Assembly: GCA_028714455.1 (NCBI GenBank)
Contig: JAQTMG010000003.1
Span: forward strand, 39,834-103,833
From: Patescibacteria group bacterium
GTDB lineage: Bacteria; Patescibacteriota; Patescibacteriia; CAIXNZ01
Reading direction: 5' to 3'
Length of the DNA: 64,000 nucleotides
The notes beneath the pieces are model-generated. The model had not been told where the DNA came from. It worked only from the letters and a program-made list of their open reading frames with translations, and did no database searches. Every line of letters begins with the position of its first letter. Position 1 is the stretch's first letter. Below, in pieces: positions 9,673 through 19,051 of this stretch. The position numbers and the translations under genes are program-made.

Positions 9673-9936
9673 TTAAGTAACAACTTTTACTTCATCCTCG
9701 GAAAACGATAGTCCTTTCAGCTCTCTGGGGCCAAGATTTTCTTCATTGAGATATTCAACAATATCCGGATCTAATCTTCTTTTCGCCTCTTCTATGGTGA
9801 CCTCGAAGACCGTCCTTTGTTTGCCTAAAACCACGCTTGCCACAAAAATCTTGCCAATGATCCCTTTCTTTACGCCTTCGGGCAGGTCCCTTCTGTTCAC
9901 CCTGACTATTTCAATGCGCGTAATCTTGTTTCCCAA
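9673..9936 (-). CDS. Small hypothetical protein
   Basis: AGGAGG before a TTG start; hairpin directly downstream. Confidence 0.55.
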   Translation of the reverse strand: MGNKITRIEIVRVNRRDLPEGVKKGIIGKIFVASVVLGKQRTVFEVTIEEAKRRLDPDIVEYLNEENLGPRELKGLSFSEDEVKVVT

Positions 9937-10025
9937 GTCAGCACCTCCTTTTTATTGAAAAAAGTACAACAATAGCTTATAATTCCATATAAACCTAATA
10001 ATATTTTATATCAAATTATATTTTT

Positions 10026-11189
10026 ATGCAATGGCCCAAAATCGCCTTAACAACCATTGGCTGCAAGCTTAATCAATCAGAAATTCAAGATTTAAAGCAG
10101 GATCTAATTGATGCCGGTTATCTTATTGTTGATAAAAATGAACCGCACGATTTGCATATTATCAACGCCTGTTCAATTACTCACGGCGCCGAACAAATCA
10201 CCCGCCAAAAAATCCGCGAAGCTAAATCTAAAAATCCAAAACTTCAAATATTTGTCATGGGTTGTTTGAATCAACCAATTCCAGAAATCAATAAAGTTTT
10301 CAAAAACAAAAAGGAGGTTTTAAAATTTATCAAAAAAATATATAAAAATACCCAAATTCGTAATTCAAAATTCATAATTCATAATTCCAGAACAAGAGTT
10401 TTGATCAAGGTCCAAGACGGCTGTAACTTCAATTGTGCCTATTGCATCATTACCAAATTCCGCGGCCAATCAAAATCAATTTCTCCAAATAAAATAATCT
10501 CTCAAATCAAACAAAAAGAAAAACAAGGCGCCAAAGAAATCGTTTTAGTCGGCGTTAATATTTTGCTTTATAAATTTGGCACAACCGATTTAGCCGCGCT
10601 GGTTAAAAGAATTTTAGATGAAACAAAAATCCCACGCATCAGATTCAGCTCGCTTGACCCTCGCCTCGTCAATCCCACTTTCCTCAATTTATTTAGGAAT
10701 AAACGCATCTGCCCACATTTGCATTTATCTTTGCAATCCGGCTCCAATAAAATTCTCAAATTAATGAACCGCCATTATACCGCGCAAAGATATTTACAAA
10801 TTATCAAAACCGCCAGAAAAATAAATCCGCTGACTTCAATAACAACGGATATAATTATTGGCTTCCCCGGCGAAACAGAAAAAGATTTTCAAGATACCTT
10901 AAATCTGGTCAAAAAAATAGATTTTCTTAAAATTCACATCTTCCCCTATTCAGCAAGAGGCGCGAGTAAAGAGCAAGGGCAAATTAACGAGAGCGTTAAA
11001 AAACAAAGATTTATAAAATTAAATAAACTCGCCGAAAAACAAAGCCAAAAATTTCTCAAAAAAATGAAAGACAAAATCATGCCCGTGCTTTTTGAACAAA
11101 AAGAAACCGGCTACACGCCAAATTACATTTTGGTCAAAAAGAAAACAAAACAAAATCTGGCGAATAAAATTATAAATGTGAAAATATAA
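10026..11189 (+). CDS. mtaB: tRNA methylthiotransferase, MtaB-like (radical SAM)
   Basis: TIGCKLNQSE, INACSIT, KVQDGCNFNCAYC, DIIIGFPGETE, HIFPYS. Confidence 0.85.
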   Translation: MQWPKIALTTIGCKLNQSEIQDLKQDLIDAGYLIVDKNEPHDLHIINACSITHGAEQITRQKIREAKSKNPKLQIFVMGCLNQPIPEINKVFKNKKEVLKFIKKIYKNTQIRNSKFIIHNSRTRVLIKVQDGCNFNCAYCIITKFRGQSKSISPNKIISQIKQKEKQGAKEIVLVGVNILLYKFGTTDLAALVKRILDETKIPRIRFSSLDPRLVNPTFLNLFRNKRICPHLHLSLQSGSNKILKLMNRHYTAQRYLQIIKTARKINPLTSITTDIIIGFPGETEKDFQDTLNLVKKIDFLKIHIFPYSARGASKEQGQINESVKKQRFIKLNKLAEKQSQKFLKKMKDKIMPVLFEQKETGYTPNYILVKKKTKQNLANKIINVKI

Positions 11190-11191
11190 AA

Positions 11192-11321
11192 GGCGAAAAC
11201 GGACATTATCGTCGTTGTAGAGACGGGGCATACCCTGTCTCTACGTCATGTATCATATGACGATAATGTAGAGACGCGGTGCACCGCGTCTCTACGGCGT
11301 TTTACGCCGTCCGTTTTCGCC
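11192..11321. repeat. Composite palindromic element: terminal inverted repeats enclosing two GTAG-REP palindromes
   Basis: GGCGAAAACGGAC...GTCCGTTTTCGCC with REPs at 11217-11244 and 11268-11295. Confidence 0.8.
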
Positions 11322-11405
11322 CAAATAACTTTTATAAAAGAAAAACCCCGCACCTTTTGCTAGCAAAAGGTGAGGGGCAAAGTGTACAAGGTACAAGAAT
11401 CAAAG

Positions 11406-11966
11406 TTACGAAACTACGGAACGAGCGCGCAGAATGTCACCGGCACTGCCAGGGTCGCAGCAGCCGATGTACAATCCGCCACCGCCCCATCCCACGCCCG
11501 GCACACCACCATCGGAATCGCAGGAGCCAGAACAGAGTGTCACGTTGTTGATATCAAGATGCTTTCCTGCCGGCCGGTTCCAGTTATAGAAGAGCTCCAT
11601 GACAAGGCGCTCTTCCAGGGTGATGCCGTTGATGCCGCGTTTCTCGCACTCTTTGGCAGAGAGGTTCTTGTTTTCCTTGTCTGCCTCAATTCGGTCTCGC
11701 AGCCAGATGGCATAGGTCTTGTCGGTCTTGCGTACCGAAATAACGGTGTTAAGGTCATCTCTGTACTTCCATGACGTGAAGTGCTCTTTGCACTTATCAA
11801 AGAGACGGTTTGCGGTCAGGCCTGCGGCCATGATGAGTAGCCAGTTGAAGCCCTTCCGCTTTCCGGGCAGAACGATCTTTGAGAAGTCGGCCTTGATGCC
11901 GAAAACTTCTTTGTAGAAACGCTGCCATTCGGCGATCAACTTACTATATTTCCCCTTTTCCGGCAT
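11406..11966 (-). CDS. Putative DGR target protein with C-terminal variable region
   Basis: C-terminus TLCSGSCDSDGGVPGVGWGGGGLYIGCCDPGSAGDILRARSVVS; NNY-biased codons; downstream hairpin. Confidence 0.7.
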   Translation of the reverse strand: MPEKGKYSKLIAEWQRFYKEVFGIKADFSKIVLPGKRKGFNWLLIMAAGLTANRLFDKCKEHFTSWKYRDDLNTVISVRKTDKTYAIWLRDRIEADKENKNLSAKECEKRGINGITLEERLVMELFYNWNRPAGKHLDINNVTLCSGSCDSDGGVPGVGWGGGGLYIGCCDPGSAGDILRARSVVS

Positions 11967-12118
11967 GAACAGTTCCCTCCTTTCGCTTTTGGGATTTTTG
12001 CGTTTTGCCTCTAGGTAACTCGTTTTCGTTTTATAGTCAAAGAAATTTTAATGTTCAGGAATAGTTAAATTTAGCACCTTCTCATTTGAATGTCAAGATA
12101 GAAAAATATTCCAATTCC

Positions 12119-13216
12119 CTACTTCCTCGCCACTTCCGAGATCAAATCCACATATTTTTTCGCCGCGTCTTTATCAATCATGGTCAGGATATTGCGATTC
12201 AAGGTCTGGCGCTCGGCCGGATTTTTCATTAACAAACCTATAGCCACAAAAAATGTTTCCTTATTCAAATCATTTTGTGACAAAATTTTGACCGCGTTAT
12301 ATTTGGCAAAGTATTGAGCGTTAGCTTCTTGATGGCCGGGTAATGGGATTAAAATTGTTGGCTTACCCAAAACCGAAAGTTCAGTGAGCGTTGAAAAACC
12401 GGAACGCGAAATAACCAAATCGGCCATGACTAAAGCATCAAAAATCTCTTTATTCAAAAATTCATAGGAACGATAACGCGCCTCAATCAATTTCATTGAT
12501 TCGCGATTATAAAAATTTTCAAATTGATCAGAAATTCCCTTGCCCTTACCGGTTATATGAATCACCTGATAATTTTCAACTAGTTTGCCAACTGTCTCCA
12601 AAACATTTTCATTTATAATTTGGGCGCCGGTGCCGCCGCCCATAATCAAAATGGTTGGAATGGCCAGATCTAGTTTAAAAAATTGCGCCGCTCTTTCTTT
12701 ACTGCCGCTAAAAACTTCAAGGCGCACCGGGTTGCCTATCTTATATGTTTTTTTGGAATCAAAATTTTTAATCAAATCATCAAAAGTAGTCGTAATTACG
12801 GTGGCTTTTTTCGCCATCAATCTATTGGCTAAACCAACTTCCAGATCCTGCTGATGCACAAAACGCGGCATACCCAATAACCAGGCCGCGTAAATGACTG
12901 GTACGGCCACAAAACTGCCGGCCGTTAAAACAGCATCTGGTTTAAATTTTTTTAAAATGAGGAGACTCTGGAGAAAAGCGGCCAAGACAAAAAAGGGTGT
13001 AAATAAATTAGCTAAAGAAAAATATTGGCGCCACTTGCCCGCGATTATCGGTTTAAAAGGAATCTGATAAGCGCCTAAAAAATCTTTTTCCGGCCCGTTT
13101 TTTGTGCCCAGCCACAAAACCTCGAGATTCGCGTCTCGATTTTTTAATTCTTCAAAAATTGCAACCAGCGGTGAAACGCTTCCCATCGTACCACCTCCCG
13201 CGAATAAAACTTTCAT
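12119..13216 (-). CDS. murG: Lipid II GlcNAc transferase MurG
   Basis: AGGGTMGS, HQQD, GNPVR, GGGTGA, HQEANA. Confidence 0.9.
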   Translation of the reverse strand: MKVLFAGGGTMGSVSPLVAIFEELKNRDANLEVLWLGTKNGPEKDFLGAYQIPFKPIIAGKWRQYFSLANLFTPFFVLAAFLQSLLILKKFKPDAVLTAGSFVAVPVIYAAWLLGMPRFVHQQDLEVGLANRLMAKKATVITTTFDDLIKNFDSKKTYKIGNPVRLEVFSGSKERAAQFFKLDLAIPTILIMGGGTGAQIINENVLETVGKLVENYQVIHITGKGKGISDQFENFYNRESMKLIEARYRSYEFLNKEIFDALVMADLVISRSGFSTLTELSVLGKPTILIPLPGHQEANAQYFAKYNAVKILSQNDLNKETFFVAIGLLMKNPAERQTLNRNILTMIDKDAAKKYVDLISEVARK

Positions 13217-13243
13217 AAAAATATGATTAATAAATGGTGGAAC

Positions 13244-14359
13244 TTATTCCCTTGTTTGTCTAGAAATATTGATCACAATCCCGCAGGCTGCCATTAAAAC
13301 CACCAGGGCGGTTCCGCCATAGCTGACAAAAGGCAGGGGCACGCCGGTTAAGGGCAGTAAGCCAACCATAGCGCCAATATTAACAAAGGTTTGGATTATA
13401 ATCCAGCTAATCACGCCCACCGTGAACATCTTGGCAAATTTATCCGGCGAACTTTCGGCGATCTTAAACCCGCGATAAGCCAGATACACGTAGGCAAAAA
13501 TTAACAAACTCGAAACTATCCAGCCCATTTCTTCGGCAATGATGGCAAAAATCGAATCGCCTTCAACTTCAGGCAGATATTGAAATTTCTGTCTCGACAT
13601 GCCAAAGCCTCGACCCCAAAACCCGCCGGAGCCGATGGCCAAAAAGGCCTGGTTGATGTGATAACCGATTCCCTGCGGATCCAATTCCGGATGCAAAAAA
13701 ACCGTCAGTCTGGCGGCGCGATAAGGCGCGATCTTGGCCAGACCGATGATGGACAGAAGCGCCGCCGTAATCAAACCGAGAACGTGCAAGATATTGGCCC
13801 CGCCGGCAAAATAAACGGCCAGAGAAAAAGCCACGATAATCGTCATCGTGCCCAGGTCAGGCTGTAAAAATAAAAGTATGGCGATAAGGCCGAGTATTAT
13901 TAAAAACGGAATCAGGCCTTCAGACACATGGCTAACCTTTTTTTCCTCGCGATTTTCCAGCCAGGCCGCCAGATAAATTAGAAAGGTCAGCTTGGCCAAC
14001 TCCGAAGGCTGAAAAGAAAGGCCGAAAATATTTATCCAACTGTTGGCCGTGCCATAATTGGCGCCCACGTGCGGTAAAAAAACCGCCACCAGCAAAACGA
14101 TCGTCAGCACCAGAAGATAAAAAGCGATCTTGCGCCAAAATCTGTAATCGATTATTGAAAAAAGAATGAGAAAAAAAAGTCCGGGCAAAAAACCGTTGAC
14201 CAGCTGATGTTTTAAATAATAATAGTTGTCTTGAAATTTATTAAATGAAATTGCCACGCTAGCCGAAGAAAGCATGATTAAACCAAAGGCCACGATCGCC
14301 GCCAGCGTGATGATAAATTTATAATCGGGTTTATGATAGGATCTGCCGAAAATTTTCAT
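13244..14359 (-). CDS. ftsW: SEDS peptidoglycan polymerase FtsW
   Basis: FQPSELAK, QPDLGT, LPEVEGDSIFAIIAEEMG, LPFVSYGGT; located between murD and murG. Confidence 0.92.
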   Translation of the reverse strand: MKIFGRSYHKPDYKFIITLAAIVAFGLIMLSSASVAISFNKFQDNYYYLKHQLVNGFLPGLFFLILFSIIDYRFWRKIAFYLLVLTIVLLVAVFLPHVGANYGTANSWINIFGLSFQPSELAKLTFLIYLAAWLENREEKKVSHVSEGLIPFLIILGLIAILLFLQPDLGTMTIIVAFSLAVYFAGGANILHVLGLITAALLSIIGLAKIAPYRAARLTVFLHPELDPQGIGYHINQAFLAIGSGGFWGRGFGMSRQKFQYLPEVEGDSIFAIIAEEMGWIVSSLLIFAYVYLAYRGFKIAESSPDKFAKMFTVGVISWIIIQTFVNIGAMVGLLPLTGVPLPFVSYGGTALVVLMAACGIVINISRQTRE

Positions 14360-15741
14360 TTGAATTTTTTTACTTCTTTATTAAATTGGTCTCCCCGATC
14401 AAACTCATTAATAAATAGGCCGAAACTAGCCGCGCCAGGAGACAATAAAAATATATCACCGCGTTCCAGCATCTGCTTTGCCTCGTAAAACGCCTCGCTC
14501 ATACTGTCAGCCAAAATTATCTCATTATCAAATTTTGCCCGGCGTAATTCTCTGATTAATTTTTCCGTGGCCGTGCCATTAAATAAAATCAAGTGTTTTG
14601 TTTTTTTCTTAATAACTCTGGCCGCTTCTTTAAAATCAAGCTTCTTGTCAGTGCCGCCAGCCAGCAAAACTACTTTTTTATCAAATGAATTTAGCGCGGC
14701 AACCAGGGCATCAGGCGCAGTGGCTGTCGTGTCGTTGTAAAATTTGACGCCATTTTTAATCGCTACCAATTCAAGGCGACCGCTTAGCCCTTTATATTTT
14801 TTAATTGCCTGTCTAATTATGCTAATCGGCACTTTCATGGCCAGGCTCAAGGTTATGGCCGCTAAAATATTTTCTTCATTATGCTGGCCGATTAATCTGA
14901 CATTTTTTAATTTAATCACGCTAATTATCTTATTGCCTTCCTTAAATTTAAACCAACCGTTCTTGATAAATCCCCCATTTTCTTTTTCACCCAAATTTTT
15001 TCTGGTATACCAAAAAACCCTGGCCTTTGATTTTTTGGCCATGACTCGAGTGTACTCATTATCTCTGTTAAAAACGGCTATGTCATTTCTGCTTTGAAAT
15101 TTCGTAATCAGCGCTTTGGCGCTGGCATAATGAGTCATGCCATCATAAGTATTAAGGTGGTCGCGCAAAACATTGGTCACTAAGGCAAAACGCGGACTGA
15201 TTTTTTTTCGGCCAAGACCTTCCAATTGCCAGGAAGAAAGCTCCAAAACAACTGGCGTGTCTTTTTTAATCTTTGGCAATGATTCCAACGGCGAAATTCT
15301 GATATTGCCGCCAAGCACCGCGTCCTTTTTATATAATTTCATAATCTCGTAGACCAAACCGGTTGTCGTACTCTTCCCCTTAGTACCGGTGATGCCGATG
15401 ATATTTTTCGAAGGGCAGAGTTTAAAAAATAAAGTTAAATCGGTTTCAATCGGAATATGATTGGTTTGGGCAATTCTTAAAAATTCAGAATCGCGGGGTA
15501 CGCCTGGATTTTGAATTATCATGGCCGCCTCTTTAAAATCATTTTTATCATGTCTGCCTAAAACATATTTTATTTTAAATTTCTTCAGTTCTTTGAGGGT
15601 GGACATTAGTTGTTTTCGACTTTTCAAATCAGTGATCGTTAATCTCGCACCTTGCCTGGCTAAAAACTTGGCCACGCCCAAACCGCCTCCGTGCAAACCG
15701 AGACCCATGATGGTTATTTTTTTGTTTTTGAATTCCAGCAT
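14356..15741 (-). CDS. murD: UDP-MurNAc-L-Ala:D-Glu ligase MurD
   Basis: GITGTKGKSTT, ELSSWQL, DHLN, YNDTTAT, LSPGAAS. Confidence 0.92.
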   Translation of the reverse strand: MLEFKNKKITIMGLGLHGGGLGVAKFLARQGARLTITDLKSRKQLMSTLKELKKFKIKYVLGRHDKNDFKEAAMIIQNPGVPRDSEFLRIAQTNHIPIETDLTLFFKLCPSKNIIGITGTKGKSTTTGLVYEIMKLYKKDAVLGGNIRISPLESLPKIKKDTPVVLELSSWQLEGLGRKKISPRFALVTNVLRDHLNTYDGMTHYASAKALITKFQSRNDIAVFNRDNEYTRVMAKKSKARVFWYTRKNLGEKENGGFIKNGWFKFKEGNKIISVIKLKNVRLIGQHNEENILAAITLSLAMKVPISIIRQAIKKYKGLSGRLELVAIKNGVKFYNDTTATAPDALVAALNSFDKKVVLLAGGTDKKLDFKEAARVIKKKTKHLILFNGTATEKLIRELRRAKFDNEIILADSMSEAFYEAKQMLERGDIFLLSPGAASFGLFINEFDRGDQFNKEVKKFK

Positions 15742-15857
15742 ATAAAAATTATATCAATTTATTCGGTTTTTTTCAATAATTTGGCGATAAGACAAAATTA
15801 TTTCATAATAAAATATTCCGTTAAAAATTAAAGCGCAAACCGCGTTTAATGTTCACC

Positions 15858-15977
15858 GGGGTTTGGGGGCGCAACTAACCTACGTTAGCCGTAGCTAACT
15901 TCGGTTAGCGAAGGCTAAGCGTCTATTTGCATTTGCGACCCCAAAAGTTTTTGGTACTTTTTGCTTACAAAAAGTAC
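15858..15977. other. GC-rich structured intergenic element (nested hairpins)
   Basis: TTTGGGGGCGCAA/TTGCGACCCCAAA stem, inner GCTAAC-TTCG-GTTAGC hairpin, and GTACTTTTTG-CTTA-CAAAAAGTAC. Confidence 0.55.
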
Positions 15978-16038
15978 GAAAATAATTATTTCAATTAAAA
16001 AATCCCTCAAGGCGAGAGATTTTAAATGTTATAAAAAA

Positions 16039-16848
16039 TTAAAATTTCACCGGAATACTCACCATATTTTCTTCAACGCCAGATGCGCTTAAATCGTAAA
16101 TCTCAACAAAACCTTCTTTGGTCGTAGAAAACTCATAATTTATTTTACGAAAAAAACTTCCATAACCATCAGTTCCCAGCTCGGAAAGCGACGCTTGTTC
16201 AGAAATCAAAACTTTGTTACTGGTATTTTTAACGCGGATAAAAACTTTATCGCTGGAAATTTTAGCCGTGCCTGAAACGGTAAAGGGCGAACTTAATTGC
16301 TCATCTGCTTTTGGCGAATTAACGATAATGGCGCCGGAATTTTCAGGCACGCTGGTCGTATTTTTGCTGCATTTTATCAATTGTAAAAGTTGACTATCGC
16401 AGCTGTTATACCAGCCTTCTTTGGTAGTGCCGATGTATTTACAGACTTTGAGGCATTGGCCCTGCTTACATTCTTTTCTAAACAAGGCCCACTCATCGCA
16501 AATACTTTTATCGGAAAAAACGCAGATGCCAAATTGACCGCTATCGTTGGTGTACATTTCAATTTTAGCACCGGCCACCACGCATTCGTCAGAAGCCGGA
16601 TTGGCTATCTGTAAATTTAAATTTGTATTTAATTTTGGCGCCACGGTCGGAGTCGTGTCATTAAGATGGCCGCACCAAGCCGGCGTATAATTCTTGCCCT
16701 GAATACTATTAATCTCATTACAAATTGGCGAAAAAATATCTTTAATAATTTTATAATTCAAAAAATTAACAAAAAAATAAGTCCCCAGGAAAAGGATAAA
16801 TACAATGTTTAAAATGATAGAGAATTTGTTGATGGATCTTTTGTGCAT
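16039..16848 (-). CDS. Membrane-anchored DUF333 plus Gmad2-like Ig domain protein
   Basis: IANPASDEC...GICVF...CDEWALFR; VNSPKADEQLSSPFTVSGTA. Confidence 0.7.
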   Translation of the reverse strand: MHKRSINKFSIILNIVFILFLGTYFFVNFLNYKIIKDIFSPICNEINSIQGKNYTPAWCGHLNDTTPTVAPKLNTNLNLQIANPASDECVVAGAKIEMYTNDSGQFGICVFSDKSICDEWALFRKECKQGQCLKVCKYIGTTKEGWYNSCDSQLLQLIKCSKNTTSVPENSGAIIVNSPKADEQLSSPFTVSGTAKISSDKVFIRVKNTSNKVLISEQASLSELGTDGYGSFFRKINYEFSTTKEGFVEIYDLSASGVEENMVSIPVKF

Positions 16849-16925
16849 AAAAAATAGTTAATTACTTAATAAGTATACCATTTTTCAAAAGAAAAACCCA
16901 CCGCTATTCACGGTGGGTTTTAAAA

Positions 16926-17366
16926 TCAACGCCGGAACGAAAGAGAAATACGCGACCAAATTCCTGTGTGATATTTAAAGGGCGTATTGAAAAAGAACAG
17001 CTCCCCCTCTCCTTGATTGGAAGATGAATCGTAACTGCCGAGATAAAAGATATATGAATACGGGCCCAGGGCTACTTTTGTTCCCTCAAAAATATCACCC
17101 AAGATATAGAGAACAACGAGATCATGATTTACGATACTTCTGTCTTCGGCTCTGGAAATGTGCATCATGGAGTTCGAGATACAATGAATCTCGGCAATGG
17201 CAGAAATAACTTTGCCTGATTTAAATTTTAAGGAAAACGATTGAGCTACCCGATGGGCAAAGGCAGAATACAAATTGTTATGATCCGGACCGCTGGTAAT
17301 TTGTACCTTGCACAATCGAAAGCCATTGACCTCCCTTTGGTGGTTTACCAGATCTTTTCGTTTCAT
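16926..17366 (-). CDS. Hypothetical protein
   Basis: Probable start MKRKDL after AAGGAGG; own TTGACA promoter and terminator. Confidence 0.55.
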   Translation of the reverse strand: MKRKDLVNHQREVNGFRLCKVQITSGPDHNNLYSAFAHRVAQSFSLKFKSGKVISAIAEIHCISNSMMHISRAEDRSIVNHDLVVLYILGDIFEGTKVALGPYSYIFYLGSYDSSSNQGEGELFFFNTPFKYHTGIWSRISLSFRR

Positions 17367-17506
17367 GTCTTCCTCCTTGCGCCAAACACGGGCTTTTGCG
17401 CGTGTTTGGGGCGTCTTGAAATGAACATTTACTTTGTCTGTCAAAGTAATCCGCCACCTTGGTCGGATAGTTCAAGTTAACAAAAAAATGGTGTTTTTGT
17501 CAATAG

Positions 17507-17590
17507 GGGCGAAAACGCTTTAACGAAAGTAGAGACGCGGTGCACCGCGTCTCTACAATATAAAATAATTTTTTATAAGCGTTTTCGCCC
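17507..17590. repeat. Composite palindromic element with one REP
   Basis: GGGCGAAAACGCTT...AAGCGTTTTCGCCC enclosing GTAGAGACGCGGTGCACCGCGTCTCTAC (17529-17556). Confidence 0.8.
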
Positions 17591-17604
17591 AGCCTCAACA
17601 AATT

Positions 17605-18651
17605 CTAATATATCTTATCCAGCAAAGTTAAAATAATACCAAACACGGCCGTGACCATGCCAATGAGCCAGAACCTCATAACCACTTTGCATTCTGGCCA
17701 GCCAATTGCCTCCAGGTGATGATGAATCGGCGCTGACAAAAAAACTTTTCTCTTAAAAATTTTCTTGGAGCACATCTGAATAATAACGGAAAGTGATTCA
17801 ATGACAAAAGGCAAGCAAATTATAGGCAAGATAAGCGCTGAATTTGTGAGCATGGCAATCACGCCCAGAGTCACGCCCAGCCCCATCGAACCAGTGTCTC
17901 CCATAAAAAAACGAGCTGGCGGAATATTGAACCATAAAAAAGCCAAAAGCGCGCCGACAACCACGCCGCAAAAAGTCGCCAAATCAAATCTGCCTTGAAC
18001 AAAAGCAATCACGCCAAAAGTCGCGAAAGCCGCGGCCAGTAAGCCGCCGGCCAGACCATCCAGGCCGTCAGTCTCGTTGACGGAAAAGGACGTGGCTACG
18101 ATGACAATCATAAAAATTGGGATGTACCACCAGCCGACTTGAAAATCGCCGATAAAAGGTATTCTCATCAGGTCCCAATCAAGTTTGAAAAAAAACCAGA
18201 AAGCGCCGATTAGGGCAATCGCCGAATAAATCAAAAGTTTGTATCTCAATTGCAGTCCGCCGCCTTTTGGTCCCACCCCCCTGACATTTAAAATGTCGTC
18301 AAAAAGTCCCACCAGTGCTGAAGCAACCAAAGCTCCAAGCGGCAAAAATGTCTGCGAGCGAGTCAAAAAATTAAATTTATCAAAAATCGGAATATCCGTG
18401 AATCTCGCCAGATAAAAAGCGCCCAATGATAGTACCAGGACCGTCGCCCAGACCAAAATTCCTCCCATGGTCGGCGTACCGGCCTTGTGCGCGTGCAGGT
18501 TGGACATAATGGGCGCACTCTCGCCGTCACGAATATTTTTCCCCAATTTGTATTTGTACAAAAAATTAGTCAAAAGCGGAGTCCAGACCATGGCCAGCAC
18601 AAACGAAAGAGTCGTGAAGAGAAAAATTTTGATGATGACTAGCGTGTCCAT
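17605..18651 (-). CDS. mraY: Phospho-MurNAc-pentapeptide transferase MraY
   Basis: KAGTPTMGG, GLFDD, NETDGLDGL, FMGDTGS, APIHHHLE. Confidence 0.95.
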   Translation of the reverse strand: MDTLVIIKIFLFTTLSFVLAMVWTPLLTNFLYKYKLGKNIRDGESAPIMSNLHAHKAGTPTMGGILVWATVLVLSLGAFYLARFTDIPIFDKFNFLTRSQTFLPLGALVASALVGLFDDILNVRGVGPKGGGLQLRYKLLIYSAIALIGAFWFFFKLDWDLMRIPFIGDFQVGWWYIPIFMIVIVATSFSVNETDGLDGLAGGLLAAAFATFGVIAFVQGRFDLATFCGVVVGALLAFLWFNIPPARFFMGDTGSMGLGVTLGVIAMLTNSALILPIICLPFVIESLSVIIQMCSKKIFKRKVFLSAPIHHHLEAIGWPECKVVMRFWLIGMVTAVFGIILTLLDKIY

Positions 18652-18660
18652 AAAATAAAT

Positions 18661-19047
18661 TTAAATGTTTAAGAGGATGACAAATATCGCAGCCGCGAAT
18701 AAAATTATTTGCAAAAGAGTTTGGGAAATAACCAGGGCATAGCTAATGACTTTTTCCTGAATGTAAAAAAAATATCCCAAAAAACTATTAAAAGCAATTA
18801 TAAAAAGACCCAGCAGCGGAATTACGAACGCCTCATACCAATAGCCGATATTATCAATGCCAAAATAAAGATTGTAGTGTAAATAAATTTGTCCCGAATC
18901 AGTGGTATAAGAAAGAGAATGAAGCTTAAAATATAGAATCGCCCACATCAAAAAATTCAAGGCGAGACTGACTATAAAATTTATCTTAACAATCCTATCT
19001 TCTCTATAAGGATGCTCAAAGAATTTTGAAATATTGTAACCAAGCAT
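18661..19047 (-). CDS. Hypothetical membrane protein
   Basis: Probable start MLGYNIS; three TM segments; LHYNLYFGID motif. Confidence 0.65.
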   Translation of the reverse strand: MLGYNISKFFEHPYREDRIVKINFIVSLALNFLMWAILYFKLHSLSYTTDSGQIYLHYNLYFGIDNIGYWYEAFVIPLLGLFIIAFNSFLGYFFYIQEKVISYALVISQTLLQIILFAAAIFVILLNI

Positions 19048-19051
19048 ATTT

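Noticed and set aside
7700-9711. Antisense and alternate-frame ORFs over the ATPase (and similar ones over other long genes)
   Set aside because: They lie entirely over well-supported genes and have no motifs or ribosome-binding sites.
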